The notes under the pieces: model-generated
Seen by the model: the letters and a program-made list of their open reading frames with translations, nothing else
The model's database searches: none
What the model was told of the DNA's origin: nothing
DNA from: an archaeon
GTDB taxonomy: Archaea; SpSt-1190; DYHY01
NCBI GenBank assembly: GCA_037442745.1
Contig: JBBIPP010000003.1
Span: 30,568 to 94,567, forward strand
Length of the DNA: 64,000 bases
Direction: 5' to 3'
Position numbers and translations under genes: made by a program
Shown here: in pieces, positions 53,805 through 63,721 of the stretch
Numbering within the stretch: the first letter of the stretch is position 1
Layout: each line of letters opens with the position of its first letter

Positions 53805-54155
53805 TTATTCACTAAGGCTCGTTTCCTCTCCCTTTGGGGAATCTTCTTCCTTTCCCACATTCCTGATTTTCTTCGCTCCGATTCGAAGAGCCCCGCATTT
53901 GGGACAGACATCAACCCCTTCGGTTTCTTCCCAGCCGAATCCGCATTTTTCAGAGGAACAGTAAAAGACGCCTTTACCCTCTCCCGAGGGCATTGAGTTG
54001 CACCGCGGGCATTTCAAGCCTTCCCTCAGTTCCCAGCCCCACCCGCACGACTTGTTCGAACAATAGACCATCCCGAATCTCAAGCGCTCCTTCTGCCTGA
54101 CACGCTTTGCCTGCGCAATTGCGGCAGAAAGAGGCTTTGTTTTCCGTCTTCCCAT
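53805..54155 (-). CDS. small protein with tandem zinc-ribbon-like modules
   Basis: CSNKSCGWGWELREGLKCPRC and CSSEKCGFGWEETEGVDVCPKCG form a duplicated C-x4-C...C-x2-C module. Confidence 0.4.
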   Translation of the reverse strand: MGRRKTKPLSAAIAQAKRVRQKERLRFGMVYCSNKSCGWGWELREGLKCPRCNSMPSGEGKGVFYCSSEKCGFGWEETEGVDVCPKCGALRIGAKKIRNVGKEEDSPKGEETSLSE

Positions 54156-54203
54156 TGGGGAAAAACAACGGAAACCGGGCTTTTTAATTCATTCCAACAA
54201 AGC

Positions 54204-54527
54204 CTATTTCAGGTTCTGCCCATATGCGCCCGAATCAAAGTCATATTCGCTCTTGACAGCCCGCTTCTTGAAGAGAACGGAGGCAATGAAGAGGAGGGCA
54301 ATTCCTATTAGCAAAAGGTCCCTGGACGCCAAAATTATGGCAACAATGGCCGCAAGGAAGAAGAACGAGACCATTTCCGAGAACTCGTTCGTAATAATTT
54401 TCCCGAAGAACATAAAGAAGAAAATCATGCCGACAATCAGGAGGAGCCAAATCCATTCCATCAATTCCCCTTTCCGGGCTTGCTTAAAATTACTTTGCCT
54501 TTTTATGGCAGTTATAGTTAAAAACAC
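54204..54527 (-). CDS. small hypothetical membrane protein (2-3 TM)
   Basis: 107-aa hydrophobic ORF. Confidence 0.3.
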   Translation of the reverse strand: MFLTITAIKRQSNFKQARKGELMEWIWLLLIVGMIFFFMFFGKIITNEFSEMVSFFFLAAIVAIILASRDLLLIGIALLFIASVLFKKRAVKSEYDFDSGAYGQNLK

Positions 54528-55547
54528 TTGATAAACCCTCTTTCAATGGCAAAATCCCTTTCAGGAACAGGCTCCTTAATCGAGAATTTCAAGGGAATTT
54601 ACGAGAGAAACTACAAGAAATTCTTCATAATCCCGGCAATTGCAGTAATCTTCTGCCTCGCAGTTCTCGGAATGAACTATCTGGAGACCGGGGAATTCGT
54701 TTCCAAGGGAATAGACCTCCGGGGCGGGACAATAATAACAATTGACGGCGCGTCCTTTTCCTCAGGATCCTTGGACGAAAAAGCCCTCCGCTCGGAAATT
54801 TCCGCATCCCTTGCAATCAGGGAAAGCGAGCTATCAGTCGGGAAAACAACCACCTTTTCCGAAGGAGGAATGAAAATCGCGTCAGTCCATGTCGAAGCCC
54901 CGCCAAAAGTGGATTCCACCCTCCTGATAGCGTCCCTTGAAAGCGCCCTTTTGACCCAAGGGTTCCGGACGAACTCTTCCGAATATAACTTGAAAATTGT
55001 GGGGCCAGCAGTCGGAAAAGCTTTCCTGACAAACACATATATCGCGCTCCTGCTCGGCTTCATTTTCATCGGGGCCGTCATTTTCACGCTTTTCCGCAAC
55101 ACAGGGGGGCTGAAGGAATATGCGAACAAAAGCCACTTTGTTATGCTGACTGTTATTTCCTGCATTTTCTTCGATTTCCTAGGTGGCCTTGCGGTAATGA
55201 ACCTCTTCGGGATAAAGTTCGCGCCCCTTACCTTGGCATCCCTCCTAATGCTTATTGGCTTTTCAATAGACAGCGACATTCTGATAACAACATCCGTCCT
55301 GAAAAAGCACGAGGGTCGGCCGGTAGACCGGGCGTTCTCCGCAATGAGGACCGGAATAACAATGGTTGTCGCGGCTTCCGCAAGCCTTCTCGCTCTCCTA
55401 TTTCTCTCGGGTTCGACCGCAATTAGGGACATGACAATAATCCTTCTCGGAGGCCTGATGTTTGACCTCATTCACACATGGTTCACTAACCTTGGAATAC
55501 TATTCTTCCTTGCCGAGAAATCTTCCAAGGAGGCAGTCTCCCAATGA
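54528..55547 (+). CDS. secF: protein-export membrane protein SecF
   Basis: 339 aa. GIDLRGGT periplasmic motif and a C-terminal 6-TM bundle. Overlaps the downstream secD start. Confidence 0.8.
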   Translation: MINPLSMAKSLSGTGSLIENFKGIYERNYKKFFIIPAIAVIFCLAVLGMNYLETGEFVSKGIDLRGGTIITIDGASFSSGSLDEKALRSEISASLAIRESELSVGKTTTFSEGGMKIASVHVEAPPKVDSTLLIASLESALLTQGFRTNSSEYNLKIVGPAVGKAFLTNTYIALLLGFIFIGAVIFTLFRNTGGLKEYANKSHFVMLTVISCIFFDFLGGLAVMNLFGIKFAPLTLASLLMLIGFSIDSDILITTSVLKKHEGRPVDRAFSAMRTGITMVVAASASLLALLFLSGSTAIRDMTIILLGGLMFDLIHTWFTNLGILFFLAEKSSKEAVSQ

Positions 55548-56857
55548 ACTGGAAAAGGCTTTTGACAAACTGGAAAGTAGTGTTCGCCCTTGCAATAATT
55601 GCCCTTTCAATTTTTGTGGTTTCGCCGAGAATTGGCCCGAACGGCTGGGAAACCAACATCAAAAAGGGGTTTGATCTCGAAGGCGGAGTGCGGGCAATCC
55701 TTTCCCCAGAAACCGAGGACAGGCAGATAATCGGGGACACAATCGAGATTCTACGCCAGAGGCTCAATATCTACGGGCTCCGGGATATCAAGATCAGCAC
55801 TGCAAGCGACCTCACAGGAGAAACCTACATAATTGTCGAGGCGGCAGGCCTCGACGAGGACGACATCAGGAACGTTGTCGCAAAGCAGGGAAAATTCGAG
55901 GCAAGGATTGGGAATTCGACAATTTTCTCGGGTGACGACATTGTCGTTGACGCATACAGGAACGCAATATCCAACGTCAAAGACTATTACGAATACTATA
56001 TTGCGCTCCGCGTGATAACCCCTGATGCGTCCGAGCGCTTTGCAGTCGAGACGAACAGGCTCTCGGTTGCTTTCTCGGACTTTGCCACGGAAAGCGGATA
56101 CCTGAATGAAACCCTTGACCTCTATATTGACGGGACGAAAACGAGCTCCCTTCAGATTTCAGCAGACCTGAAAGGACGGGTTTTTGACAGCCCGGTCGTT
56201 CAAGGGGCAGCCCAGACAAAGGAAGAGGCCCAGACAAGAATGGAGCAGATGAAAGCGCTTCTCCAGTCTGGCTCCCTTCCGATAAAACTCGAGCTCTCGG
56301 CAGTCGAGAAAGTCTCCCCAATTCTCGGAGGCACTCTCCTGAAGAACGTGATGTTCGCGGGAATTCTCGCAATTCTTGCTGTCGGAATTGTAATTTTCAT
56401 CAGATACCGCTCCCCTGAGATAACCGCAATAATGATGGCAACGGTCTTTGCGGAGGCTCTGATTGTCCTTGGAATTTCGGTAATAATAGGCTGGCAGCTG
56501 GATCTCTCAGCAATTGCCGGAATAATAGTCTCCTTAGGTACGGGGATAAACCAGGAAATAATAATGGTTGACGAGTATTTCCTCTACGGCGCAGACAAGA
56601 AGAAGCTCTCATTCAAGGAAAAAATAAAGCAGGCGCTCTTCATAATATACGCGGCTTTCGGAACTGGCATTGCGGCAATGCTTCCGTTGGTGTTCATAGG
56701 TCTTGGCGCTGTCCGGGGTTTCGCAATAACAACTCTAATCGGGATGGCGGGAGGGGTTTTCATAACAAGGCCAGCGTTCCTCGCTGCCTTGGACGAGTAT
56801 GTCTCCAATTCCCCGGATAAGAAAGGGGAAACTGAAGCGGACAAGCCAGCTGCCTGA
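55544..56857 (+). CDS. secD: protein-export membrane protein SecD
   Basis: 437 aa. GFDLEGG motif, large periplasmic domain, C-terminal TM bundle (FIRYRSPEITAIMMATVF). Confidence 0.8.
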   Translation: MNWKRLLTNWKVVFALAIIALSIFVVSPRIGPNGWETNIKKGFDLEGGVRAILSPETEDRQIIGDTIEILRQRLNIYGLRDIKISTASDLTGETYIIVEAAGLDEDDIRNVVAKQGKFEARIGNSTIFSGDDIVVDAYRNAISNVKDYYEYYIALRVITPDASERFAVETNRLSVAFSDFATESGYLNETLDLYIDGTKTSSLQISADLKGRVFDSPVVQGAAQTKEEAQTRMEQMKALLQSGSLPIKLELSAVEKVSPILGGTLLKNVMFAGILAILAVGIVIFIRYRSPEITAIMMATVFAEALIVLGISVIIGWQLDLSAIAGIIVSLGTGINQEIIMVDEYFLYGADKKKLSFKEKIKQALFIIYAAFGTGIAAMLPLVFIGLGAVRGFAITTLIGMAGGVFITRPAFLAALDEYVSNSPDKKGETEADKPAA

Positions 56858-57205
56858 TTACTCTGAAAGGGAGAGAATTGCTTTTGCAATATCCCCGTTA
56901 GCCCCTTCAAGAGCTCTTTTAGCTTCCTCGAGTGATTTTCCCGTTTTCTCTGCGACAATCGCAGAATCCTCTTCCGAGAACTTGTCAACTCCCTCTCCTC
57001 CGGATAAGGAAGCGCCAACCTCGACAACGTTCCCCGAAATCTGAAAAGTTGTCTGGCCCATTACCTGCATTTTCATTGCGGACGGGCTCTCAATAACCAG
57101 TTTTTTCCCGCCGGAAAGGAATATTTCTGCCCGCTCCGCCCGGAGCTCTTCGGTGCTCATCTGCTTCATTATTTTCTGGAGATTTCGTACATCCATTATT
57201 TCCAA
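56858..57205 (-). CDS. nascent polypeptide-associated complex protein (alpha-NAC) with C-terminal UBA-like domain
   Basis: 115 aa. MKQMS...VIESPSAMKMQVMGQTTFQISG NAC domain and an EEAKRALEGANGDIAKAILSL UBA-like tail. Confidence 0.75.
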   Translation of the reverse strand: MEIMDVRNLQKIMKQMSTEELRAERAEIFLSGGKKLVIESPSAMKMQVMGQTTFQISGNVVEVGASLSGGEGVDKFSEEDSAIVAEKTGKSLEEAKRALEGANGDIAKAILSLSE

Positions 57206-57594
57206 TCCGCCTGTTTCACGTATTTAGCAATTATCACAGGAATCGGCGAATTGTCGAAAACATAGCTCCCGGTCTTTCCCAAAGGGGAGCTCCCGTCCTC
57301 TACAGTTGCCCCGATTACAAGATAATCATACCCTTTCTTCGCCTCGGCAAGTATTGAATCCCCCGGATTCTCTGTTTCAATCCGGATGAACTTGACATCA
57401 ATTGCGAAGGTTTCCTCAAGCCGGCTCTTTATTTTCGCAATTATCCGGAGCTGTTCCTCTGTTTGTGGAACGCCCCGCCTCCTTGCGGAGAAAACGACTG
57501 TCTGGGCGTTCAATTCCCTTGAAAGGAGCCCGGCAACGTCCCCTGCCTCGAAATCATTGAGCGTTCCCTTTAGCGGAAGGAGGACTTTTCTCAT
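57196..57594 (-). CDS. universal stress protein (UspA family)
   Basis: 132 aa. DYLVIGATVEDGSSPLGKTGSYVFDNSPIPVIIAK matches the Usp C-terminal ATP-binding motif. Confidence 0.6.
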   Translation of the reverse strand: MRKVLLPLKGTLNDFEAGDVAGLLSRELNAQTVVFSARRRGVPQTEEQLRIIAKIKSRLEETFAIDVKFIRIETENPGDSILAEAKKGYDYLVIGATVEDGSSPLGKTGSYVFDNSPIPVIIAKYVKQADWK

Positions 57595-58926
57595 GTGCCA
57601 AAGGGGGCAACCGCCAGCTTTTTATTCTTTTCCGAAAGGATGCGCTTCCTTGTGGATGATGACTCTGCGCTGACGATCGGGCCCAATGAAACGTGCCCGG
57701 AAATGAATGAGATTTTGAGTTCTGACACTTGCAAGCCGTTCATGACAGGGAGCCTTCCGGGAACTGGCGGGGTTTTCAAGGCAACTCCCGAGGATTTCGT
57801 TGTTGAGGAAATCCCCGCGTTCCAGTTCTCTGGAACCGGCGAGCACCTAATTCTCCTTGCCGAAAAAAAGGGAATAACAACCCAGAAAGCGAAGGAGATT
57901 TTGGCCCGGGCTTTCGGAGTGTTCGACGAAGCGGTCGGTTTTTCCGGAATCAAGGATTCCTATGCGCTGACCCGCCAGAATTTCTCAGTCCACACGAGGG
58001 AAAACGCCCCCCACCTAACCCTTCCCCCGAACCTGAGGATAATTTCGACAACCCGCCACATCCACAAGCTCCGTGCGGGAATGCTCTCCGGGAACAGGTT
58101 CGATATAATTGTCCGCGGAGCAAAGTCTCCGGAAAACGCGGGGCCAATATTGGAGGAAATTTTCAAAAGAGGGCTCCCCAACTATTATGGCGCCCAGAGG
58201 TTCGGAAGCCTTAGGAACGTCTCCGGAATTGTCGGCTCCTTCCTTGCAAAGGGGGATTTTGAAAACGCCCTCCGAGCATATGTTTCGGAGACCGGAGAAT
58301 CCGAAAGCGAGCAGGTGAAGAACGCCCGGAAGCTTTTCTTGGAGAGCGACTTGAAAGGCGCCCTCAGAGAGTTTCCCCGCACAAATGAATACGAAATCCG
58401 CCTGATATTGAACCTTCTCTCCGGGGATTCTCCCGAGAAAGCTTTCAGGAAGGCAATTCCAAGAAACCTCATCCGCCTATTCGTTTCGGCAGCCCAGTCC
58501 CAAGTGTTCAACGAAATTCTTGCGAAAAGAATCGAAACAATTGACAAATTCATTGAAGGGGATATCGGAATGTTCTCAAAGGGCGTGACATTCTTCAAAA
58601 AAACCTCCCCGGACGACCCCCGGCTGAAGGAGAAGAAAGTCTCTCCTTCCGGACTCTTGTTCGGAGCAAAAGTCCCCCTTGCAGAAGGGCTCGCAGGGGA
58701 AATAGAGAGGGTTGCCCTCGAAAAATTCTCAATAAAGGAATGGGACTTGCCAGGATTCAGAAATCTCCCGTTCTCGTTCGACCTGGACGGCTCAAGAAGG
58801 CGCCTGCGGGAAATTCTCCCAGAGCCACCCAAAGCAGAACTGCTCGGGGAAGGAACGCTCCGGCTAAGGTTCACCCTTCCGAAAGGCACATATGCGACGG
58901 AACTGCTGAGGGAAGTGATGAAATAA
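57595..58926 (+). CDS. truD: tRNA pseudouridine synthase TruD/Pus7-type
   Basis: FVVEEIPAFQFSGTGEHLILLAEKKGITTQKAKEILARAFGV...GIKDSYALTRQNFS matches the TruD N-terminal catalytic region. True start possibly an internal Met. Confidence 0.7.
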   Translation: MPKGATASFLFFSERMRFLVDDDSALTIGPNETCPEMNEILSSDTCKPFMTGSLPGTGGVFKATPEDFVVEEIPAFQFSGTGEHLILLAEKKGITTQKAKEILARAFGVFDEAVGFSGIKDSYALTRQNFSVHTRENAPHLTLPPNLRIISTTRHIHKLRAGMLSGNRFDIIVRGAKSPENAGPILEEIFKRGLPNYYGAQRFGSLRNVSGIVGSFLAKGDFENALRAYVSETGESESEQVKNARKLFLESDLKGALREFPRTNEYEIRLILNLLSGDSPEKAFRKAIPRNLIRLFVSAAQSQVFNEILAKRIETIDKFIEGDIGMFSKGVTFFKKTSPDDPRLKEKKVSPSGLLFGAKVPLAEGLAGEIERVALEKFSIKEWDLPGFRNLPFSFDLDGSRRRLREILPEPPKAELLGEGTLRLRFTLPKGTYATELLREVMK

Positions 58927-58930
58927 GGGA

Positions 58931-60295
58931 ATGGCTAATGTGAAGAAGACTCTTTCCGAATGGGGGCTCCTGCTACCAATTCTCGCATTCGGCATTTTCC
59001 TCAGAGTCTGGACGAACCCGACCCCATTGACAGGGATAATAGGCGCTGACGGGCTTTTCCATTCCTGGCTTGTGTCGGAAACGGTTTCATCCGGCGCATT
59101 CCCGTCAGTCGACCCCTTCTCATGGGGGGGCCGGCAGGTATCGTATTTCCCAGGATTCCATTTTCTCTTCTCGGCAATTCTCCTTTCATCGGGAATCTCA
59201 AATTTCCTTTCCCAAGGGTTCGTCTTCTCCCTTGCCGGGCCAGCCCTTTTCTCGCTTGCGTTCTTCGCCCTAGCGGTTTTCTCGAAAAAGTCCGCAATAC
59301 GCCCGGAAATAACCTGCGCAATATTCTCAGCAATCCCTATACTCTTCTGGAAGACTTCAATGAATTTCCTCCCGGACGCCCTGACAATCTCTCTTGCGGT
59401 TTTCCTCCTGTTCATTGAGAAGAATTCCCCCGGGCCCCTCACGTATTTCCTCCTCCTGGCAGGAGTCCTTTCCCACCCAATATTCGCGCTCGTGTCAATT
59501 GCCAGTCTTGCATACGGATTGAGAAAGGGTTTTTTCGCCCGCGCCCTCCTGACATTCTCTCTCGCAATCCTGACAGCAGTTGCGATAATATTTTTCATTG
59601 GGAAGACGATGCCACTGCCGTCCCCGGATTCAGTATTGGCCCAAGGAATTCCCGAACGCATGAAAGCCGAGATTTTCGAGGGGTTTGATGTCGGAAAAAT
59701 AGCATACAGAATTGGCCCATCGCTTCTCCCATTTCTTCTGGCTTTCCCAGCAAGCTTCTTTGGGTTCCTCTCTTTCCTTGTCCCGGCAGGGCTTCGGATA
59801 ATTGAGCTTGACAGAGTCCTCATTTTCTCGGCAATCCTCCTCATCCCTGTAGCTGCAACATTCATATCGAAAAGGAAGAGGTTCGCCCAGACCCTGTTCG
59901 TTTTGGTAATTCTTGCATGGGCGCTATTCTCAATGAAAGCGCTCTCGTGGGCTCCTCTCTCAAGGGAGGATTTCAATTCCCTTGGATGGATTTCCGAAAA
60001 TTCCGAAATTTCCCGCCCAATCCTCTCCCTTCCCGGAGACGGATATTCTGTAGCGTATCTTTCGAAAAGGAAAAACTCGATTGACGGGAGGTTTTCCGGG
60101 TCAAGCGGAGGAGACGCCCGCCTTGACGCTGTTTTAAGGTCAATAGAGGATCCTTTGGCCAATCCGCCCCCTTCTGGCGAAAGGCACCTTCTGATATCCT
60201 CAAGAACCTCCCAAATCTCGCCGGCTGGGGAATGGTCCCTAATCTGCGAGAGCAAGGGGAATGAAGGGGTTTATTCCTCCCCTTATAGAATGTAA
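58931..60295 (+). CDS. polytopic membrane protein, possibly STT3/ArnT-like glycosyltransferase membrane domain without the WWDYG C-terminal domain
   Basis: 454 aa, more than 10 TM helices. First-loop GADGLFHSW resembles the D..(Y/F)FH loop motif of the window's AglB (FDTMYFH). Confidence 0.35.
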   Translation: MANVKKTLSEWGLLLPILAFGIFLRVWTNPTPLTGIIGADGLFHSWLVSETVSSGAFPSVDPFSWGGRQVSYFPGFHFLFSAILLSSGISNFLSQGFVFSLAGPALFSLAFFALAVFSKKSAIRPEITCAIFSAIPILFWKTSMNFLPDALTISLAVFLLFIEKNSPGPLTYFLLLAGVLSHPIFALVSIASLAYGLRKGFFARALLTFSLAILTAVAIIFFIGKTMPLPSPDSVLAQGIPERMKAEIFEGFDVGKIAYRIGPSLLPFLLAFPASFFGFLSFLVPAGLRIIELDRVLIFSAILLIPVAATFISKRKRFAQTLFVLVILAWALFSMKALSWAPLSREDFNSLGWISENSEISRPILSLPGDGYSVAYLSKRKNSIDGRFSGSSGGDARLDAVLRSIEDPLANPPPSGERHLLISSRTSQISPAGEWSLICESKGNEGVYSSPYRM

Positions 60296-60337
60296 GAAAA
60301 GAGTTAAAACCCGTTTTTACTGGGTTTCCCGAAGAAA

Positions 60338-61645
60338 ATGCTCTCGTCCGGAACTGCCCTGTCCTATGGGGTGCTCGCCTCTTTCTTCATTTTCCTCTAT
60401 TGCGCGTTCTACTGGATATTCGTTTTTTTCGAGGAAACCTCGAAGAAAGCCTCCGCCGAAAAGAAGGCGCGCGATTCGGCATTTTCACGGGCACCCTTCC
60501 CGAAGGTCACAGTCCTCATCCCGGCATACAATTGCAAGAGGACAATTGAAAAGGCAATTGATTCCTGCTTTGCCCTCGATTACCCGAGGGACTGCATTGA
60601 CCTGATTGTAATTGACGACGGCTCCACTGACGGAACCGGGAAATTGCTCGAGGCCCTCAGGAAGAAGCGCAAATTCTCCCTAATAAGGAAGAGGAACTCG
60701 GGAAAAGCGGACGCTCTCAATTTTGCCCTCCCCCGAGTAAAGACCACTTTCGTATCCTGCCTCGATGCGGACAGCTTCTTTCGCCCCGGGGCAATGAAAG
60801 CCCTCTTCTCGGAAATTTCCGGCCGGCCGGAGATCGCTGCAGTCGCATCTTCAATAAAGGTCCATTCCCCGAAAACGGAGCTTGAGAAAATACAGCGCCT
60901 CGAGTATTTCTTCTCAATATATCTCCGCCGTCTGATGGGACGGATAAACGCAATCTATGTTGTCCCGGGCCCAGGGAGCCTCTTTAGGACAAAAATTCTC
61001 CGGAAGCTTGGTGGGTTTGATACAGAGAACCTGACCGAAGACATGGAAATAGCTTTCAGGATAAAGCGGGCGGGATATTCGATTGGGAACGCCCCGGACG
61101 CCGAAGTCGACACAATTGCTCCGAAGAGCCTAATGTCCCTTGCCCGCCAGAGGACCCGCTGGTATGCCGGATATTTCCAGAACGTCGAGAAATACCGAGA
61201 CGCAATCCTGAACCCGAAGTTCGCTGAGCTGGGCCTCTTCATAATCCCGATAAATTTCGCGCTAATAGTCTCAATGACAATAATTTTCACTAGCTTCGTA
61301 TACGAGAACCTTTCCTCAATTGCCGATTTCTCAAGGAGGGTTTATCTTGCGGGCCTCGACGCATTCATTTTCAAGCTCCCGGATCTGCTGAATCTGTTCT
61401 ACTCAATGAACGTGCTAAATGTTTTCGGCACAATGTTTTTCGTCCTCGGATTCTTCGTAATATACGCGAGCTTCAAGATGTCAAAGGAGACCTTTTTCGG
61501 CAGTAGGGAGAACATCCTAGATTACGTACTATACACAATATTTTACTTTCCAATGGTTTCCGTATTCTATTTAATGTCGGTGTTCTACTACATTGCAAAG
61601 AGGAACAGGGGACTGAAATGGCGGGCTCAGAATTTTCACTATTGA
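60338..61645 (+). CDS. membrane-embedded processive GT2 beta-glycosyltransferase (cellulose/chitin/NodC synthase-like)
   Basis: 435 aa, TM helices at both ends. VLIPAYNC, IVIDDGSTDGT, CLDADS (DxD), QRTRWYAG (QxxRW processivity motif). Confidence 0.7.
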   Translation: MLSSGTALSYGVLASFFIFLYCAFYWIFVFFEETSKKASAEKKARDSAFSRAPFPKVTVLIPAYNCKRTIEKAIDSCFALDYPRDCIDLIVIDDGSTDGTGKLLEALRKKRKFSLIRKRNSGKADALNFALPRVKTTFVSCLDADSFFRPGAMKALFSEISGRPEIAAVASSIKVHSPKTELEKIQRLEYFFSIYLRRLMGRINAIYVVPGPGSLFRTKILRKLGGFDTENLTEDMEIAFRIKRAGYSIGNAPDAEVDTIAPKSLMSLARQRTRWYAGYFQNVEKYRDAILNPKFAELGLFIIPINFALIVSMTIIFTSFVYENLSSIADFSRRVYLAGLDAFIFKLPDLLNLFYSMNVLNVFGTMFFVLGFFVIYASFKMSKETFFGSRENILDYVLYTIFYFPMVSVFYLMSVFYYIAKRNRGLKWRAQNFHY

Positions 61646-62301
61646 GGCATTTTTTGGTGCTCGCGCTCACCGTGTTCGTGTTCTTTGCCGGAATCTCCCT
61701 AGGAGCCCTCCTCAACAAGGGACAGGTGTCCGCTCTCGAGGAGGAGATTTCATTCTTCCGGGAGACTGGGGAGGCTGTCCAGTCCTCGAGCATGATGGCC
61801 GACGAGTTCGAAGGCGAGCTCGGATGCGAGATACTGACGCGGGAGATTTACCGCCAAGGGGAAACCCTCGACAGCATCTCGGCTCATCTTTCAGAATACG
61901 AGAAATCCAGGAAATTCGGAGAATCCTTCATTGTTCTCAAGGAAAAATACGTCTCCCTTCTCGCGCGCGACTGGCTTTTTGCGAGGAAGGCTCTCCGGCA
62001 GTGCCCTGGCGAGGAAAAGCCGTTCGAGACAATACTCTACTTTTACACCAACGACAATTGCCATTCCTGCACTGACCAGGGAGTTGTCCTCGATGTCATG
62101 AAGAAGAAATTCGGCGACCGCCTCCTGATATTCTCACTGGATACTGACATCAAATCAATCGAAGCAGCTGCCCTGAAAAGGGCATTCAACATAACGGAAT
62201 ATCCCTCAATTGTAATAGGAAAGACGGTTTTTCCGGGATTCTCCTCGAAAGACTCGATTGAGAAGGCGCTCCTCGAAGGCCAAGCCCTCCCGCCCGCCTA
62301 G
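61618..62301 (+). CDS. membrane-anchored thioredoxin-fold protein (CxxC)
   Basis: N-terminal TM helix. FYTNDNCHSCTDQ (CHSC) in a thioredoxin-like context. Confidence 0.4.
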   Translation: MAGSEFSLLRHFLVLALTVFVFFAGISLGALLNKGQVSALEEEISFFRETGEAVQSSSMMADEFEGELGCEILTREIYRQGETLDSISAHLSEYEKSRKFGESFIVLKEKYVSLLARDWLFARKALRQCPGEEKPFETILYFYTNDNCHSCTDQGVVLDVMKKKFGDRLLIFSLDTDIKSIEAAALKRAFNITEYPSIVIGKTVFPGFSSKDSIEKALLEGQALPPA

Positions 62302-62334
62302 AAAAAGTTATATTCAGTCCGGGGATCCGGTCTA

Positions 62335-62922
62335 TTGATGCAGGAGGTCCGAAGGCAGGCAATACATCTGATTGCGTTTAGCCTCTGCGCTTTAATGGTG
62401 TTCTACCTCCCCCTCCAATTGGTTATTTTCGCAGTCTCCTTCTGCCTGGCGTGCGCGATAATCGGGGGGCTTGCTGTGAAATTCGGGCTCGAAGAGAGGA
62501 TTTTTCCGAAAGGCTTTCGGCCAATCTCCTCGATTTACTACCGCTCAGACAAGGGGCGGGCCTCGGCGAAGAAATTCCCATTCTATGGAGCGATAATCGG
62601 TCTTGCGGGAATCCTAGCATCCCTCCTAATTGTCGGCTCCCGCGCATACATTCCGATACTGATACTTGCCTGGGGGGATTCCGCATCAACGCTTGTGGGG
62701 ATTTATTTCGGAAGAACGAAGCTGATTGCCGGCCGAAGCCTTGAAGGGGCAATAGGATTCTTCCTAGTTTCCCTAATACCCCTCTTCATTGCAACCCCTC
62801 TCTCAGAAGGGAAAATATTTTTCCTTGCTCTTGCGGCAACCCTGACCGAGATATTATCCCCAATCGACGACAACCTGACAATTCCGATTGTCTCAAGCTT
62901 TCTGATAAAGCTTCTTGCCTGA
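62335..62922 (+). CDS. dolichol kinase / CTP-dependent polyprenol kinase (Sec59/DUF92, CdsA-like)
   Basis: 195 aa, 6 TM helices. WGDSASTLVGIYFGRTK is the signature GD..A..(V/I)G..(F/Y)G+.K of this family. Confidence 0.6.
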   Translation: MMQEVRRQAIHLIAFSLCALMVFYLPLQLVIFAVSFCLACAIIGGLAVKFGLEERIFPKGFRPISSIYYRSDKGRASAKKFPFYGAIIGLAGILASLLIVGSRAYIPILILAWGDSASTLVGIYFGRTKLIAGRSLEGAIGFFLVSLIPLFIATPLSEGKIFFLALAATLTEILSPIDDNLTIPIVSSFLIKLLA

Positions 62923-63317
62923 TATTTCCCAAAAAATGTTCAAAAAATAGAAATTCGGACCGGAAAAAAGAGCAAGCCCCCAATTTAGAGGCCTACTCTC
63001 TGTTTTTTCATCCTTTTCATCCGTCTTCTTCTTTTTTTTCTCCATTTCCAACGGCTCTTCTGGCCCTGCCGTTTTTTCCATGGATGTGAAGTCTTTGTCA
63101 TCTTGTTGTTTTCGGGGCTGTTTTTGTGGTATAAAAGCCTTTCCAACAACCCTTTGCGAAAGGCCTGACCAAAAGCAAGAGGTCGTTGCGACCGCTTTTG
63201 CGAAAGAAAAACCCCTCCTAAATTCCCAAGAGAGCCCCTTTCAAATAAGCTGTTCTGTCAACCTTGCCGCAAATTCCCGGGAAAAAATAATCCAAGAGCT
63301 TTTTGCACGCCGAAAAG

Positions 63318-63560
63318 CTAACCTGCTCTTTTGAAACGCCGATTTCCTTTAATAATTCCCGCTGCAACAACCTCCTTGTTTTCGTCCGGAGAATCCCGAA
63401 GGAACCTCAATTCATCGAGAAGATAGGAATCGAGAAGATAAATTGTGCGAAAAGCTCGCCACCTGCTTTTTAGCAATTCGCCATCTTTAGTGAAATAGCC
63501 CTCGGCCAATCCGTACATCAGCACAGGCTTTCGTAAAGTTTCAGGCGGACTCCCCTGCAA
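63318..63560 (-). CDS. hypothetical small protein
   Basis: 80-aa ORF with no recognisable domains. Confidence 0.2.
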   Translation of the reverse strand: MQGSPPETLRKPVLMYGLAEGYFTKDGELLKSRWRAFRTIYLLDSYLLDELRFLRDSPDENKEVVAAGIIKGNRRFKRAG

Positions 63561-63699
63561 GGGACTTGCGCTTTTCGCTCCAGCCGCTGGGTTTCGATTC
63601 GTTCAACCCAAGGAGCCTCGCCAATGCTCGGGAACCCAATGCGAAAATCAAGTCCGTCCTCTGGACGGGCCGGTTTTCTTTTTCCCCGAAGGCTTTTTC

Positions 63700-63720
63700 C
63701 TTTTCAAAAGAAAAAGGGAT
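63700..63720 (-). terminator. oligo-T tract (CCCUUUUUCUUUUG on minus strand) just downstream of the tRNA 3' end
   Basis: Archaeal intrinsic terminators are U-tracts. This one follows the tRNA CCA at 63722. Confidence 0.4.
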
Positions 63721-63721
63721 C

